A stretch of DNA of 64,000 bases, taken from an uncultured Planctomycetaceae bacterium. Lineage in GTDB: Bacteria > Planctomycetota > Planctomycetia > Planctomycetales > Planctomycetaceae. Location: contig CAWFAK010000005.1 of NCBI GenBank assembly GCA_963813715.1, positions 224,001-288,000 on the forward strand, given 5' to 3'. The translations under genes were made by a program, and so were the position numbers. Below the pieces are notes generated by a model, which saw nothing but the letters and a program-made list of their open reading frames with translations, was not told the DNA's origin and made no database searches. This document shows, in pieces, positions 62,640-64,000 of this stretch (its first letter is position 1; each line of letters opens with the position of its first letter).

Positions 62640-64000
62640 GCCGGCACTCTCGTCATTCTGCCGTGGAGTGCTCGTCGTGCCAGCGGCGGGCGTTTCGTTC
62701 ATCAAGTCGGCAAACTGCAGTTCGGCCAGGCGGCGATAGGGGCCGGAGCCCGCCATCAACTCGCTATGAGTGCCCGATTCGACGATGCGTCCCTGCTCCA
62801 GCACGAAGATGCGGTCGGCCCGCCGGAGCGTGCTGATGCGGTTGGACACCAGGATGGTGGTGCGGCCCTCGAGGCGCGTTTTCGATCGCCTGCTGAATCT
62901 CGTGTTCGGTCTCGGCATCGACGGAGGCTGTGGCGTCGTCGAGCAGCAAGATGGGCGGATCGAGCAGCAGGGCCCGCGCGATCGACAGCCGTTGCCGCTG
63001 GCCGCCGGAAAGGTTGGACCCCTGCTCGCCGATCAGCGTCGCGTAGCCGTCGGGCGTTTCGGCGATGAATTCGTGGGCGGCCGCAATCTCGGCGGCGCGG
63101 CGGATTTCGGCTTCGGTCGCGGCCGGGTGTCCGAAGGCGATATTCGCCTCGATCGTGTTGCTGAAGAGAAAGTTTTCCTGGAAGACGATGCCGATGTTCC
63201 GCCGCAGGTCGTCGAGATCGAGCCGGCGGACGTCGACGCCGTCGAGCAGGACGTTGCCACCTTGCACGTCGTAATAACGCGGCACGAGGTTGAGCAACGT
63301 GCTCTTGCCGGAGCCCGTTTCGCCGACCACGCCCACGCATTCGCCGGGGGCGATCTCCAGGCACAGATCGTCGAAGACGGGCTCGCCGGTTTTATAGGCG
63401 AAGCGGACGTGTTCGAAGCGGATCGATCCGCGAGCCCGTTCGAGTCGCACCGGATGCAGCGGACTGAGGATTTCGAGGGGAGCGTCGAGCACTTCGAATA
63501 CGCGTTGGGCCCCCGTGATGCTGGTCTGGATGCTGTTGGCGATGTTCGTGATCTGCCCGACCTGGTTGGCGAACTCGTAGAGCAAGTTGGCAAAGACGAA
63601 CAGGCCGGCCCCCAGCGCCAGCTGTCCCGTCACCACCAAGTGGCCGCCGTAGCCCAACAGCACGATCATGTTGATCTGCGTCATGAACCCGGTGATCGGC
63701 TGGAAGATGGCCAGCTTATGAAAGATGCCGTATTTCTGATCGCAGATGGCCCGGTTGGCCGCGGAGAATTTTTCGACCTCTTGCGATTCGCGGGCGAACC
63801 CTTTGACGACCGAGATGCCTTGCACGTTTTCGACCAGCGTGAGGACCATGCGGTCGACCAGCTCGCCCCCTTTGATGTATTCCGGCTGCACGATCCGCGA
63901 GAACCGCGCCGCGGCCCACCACAAGAAGGGCGACGTCGCCAGGCAAACCAGCGTCAGCGGCACGTGCATCGACCACATGTAGGCCACGTACACGCCCAGC
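62598..64000 (-). CDS. ABC transporter TMD+NBD partner, 5'-truncated by the window edge
   Basis: GETGSGKS, LSGGQRQ, LLDDAT (degenerate Walker B) and VSNR (H-switch replaced); frameshift near 62875. Confidence 0.9.

Overview
GC-rich chromosomal window, most likely from a planctomycete (inferred from a PVC-type heme CxxCH protein, a kinase-linked ECF sigma, and PQQ-propeller and PmoA-like proteins). It carries housekeeping genes (carB, aspS, maf, lon with hsp20, a GH63 glucosidase, an ABC pair), two ECF sigmas, a BlaI/BlaR1 pair, a TA module and many orphan genes. Small indels split many genes, including essential carB and aspS, so they are probably sequencing or assembly errors. The outstanding feature is a layered system of mobile DNA. 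There are at least nine families of REP-like palindromes or short inverted repeat arrays, and a RAYT transposase flanked by its cognate REPs (41626-42388). Three adjacent DDE insertion sequences (25271-28565) each sit in the loop of a REP hairpin and duplicate the loop. A 105-bp MITE with related ends occupies the same REP loop position 20 kb away. A 9-bp loop duplication looks like an excision footprint. REPs are also inserted in frame in two protein genes, and orphan immunity-like genes are bracketed by repeat pairs. No rRNA, tRNA or CRISPR array was recognised. All family assignments come from motif reading by eye; no database searches were run.
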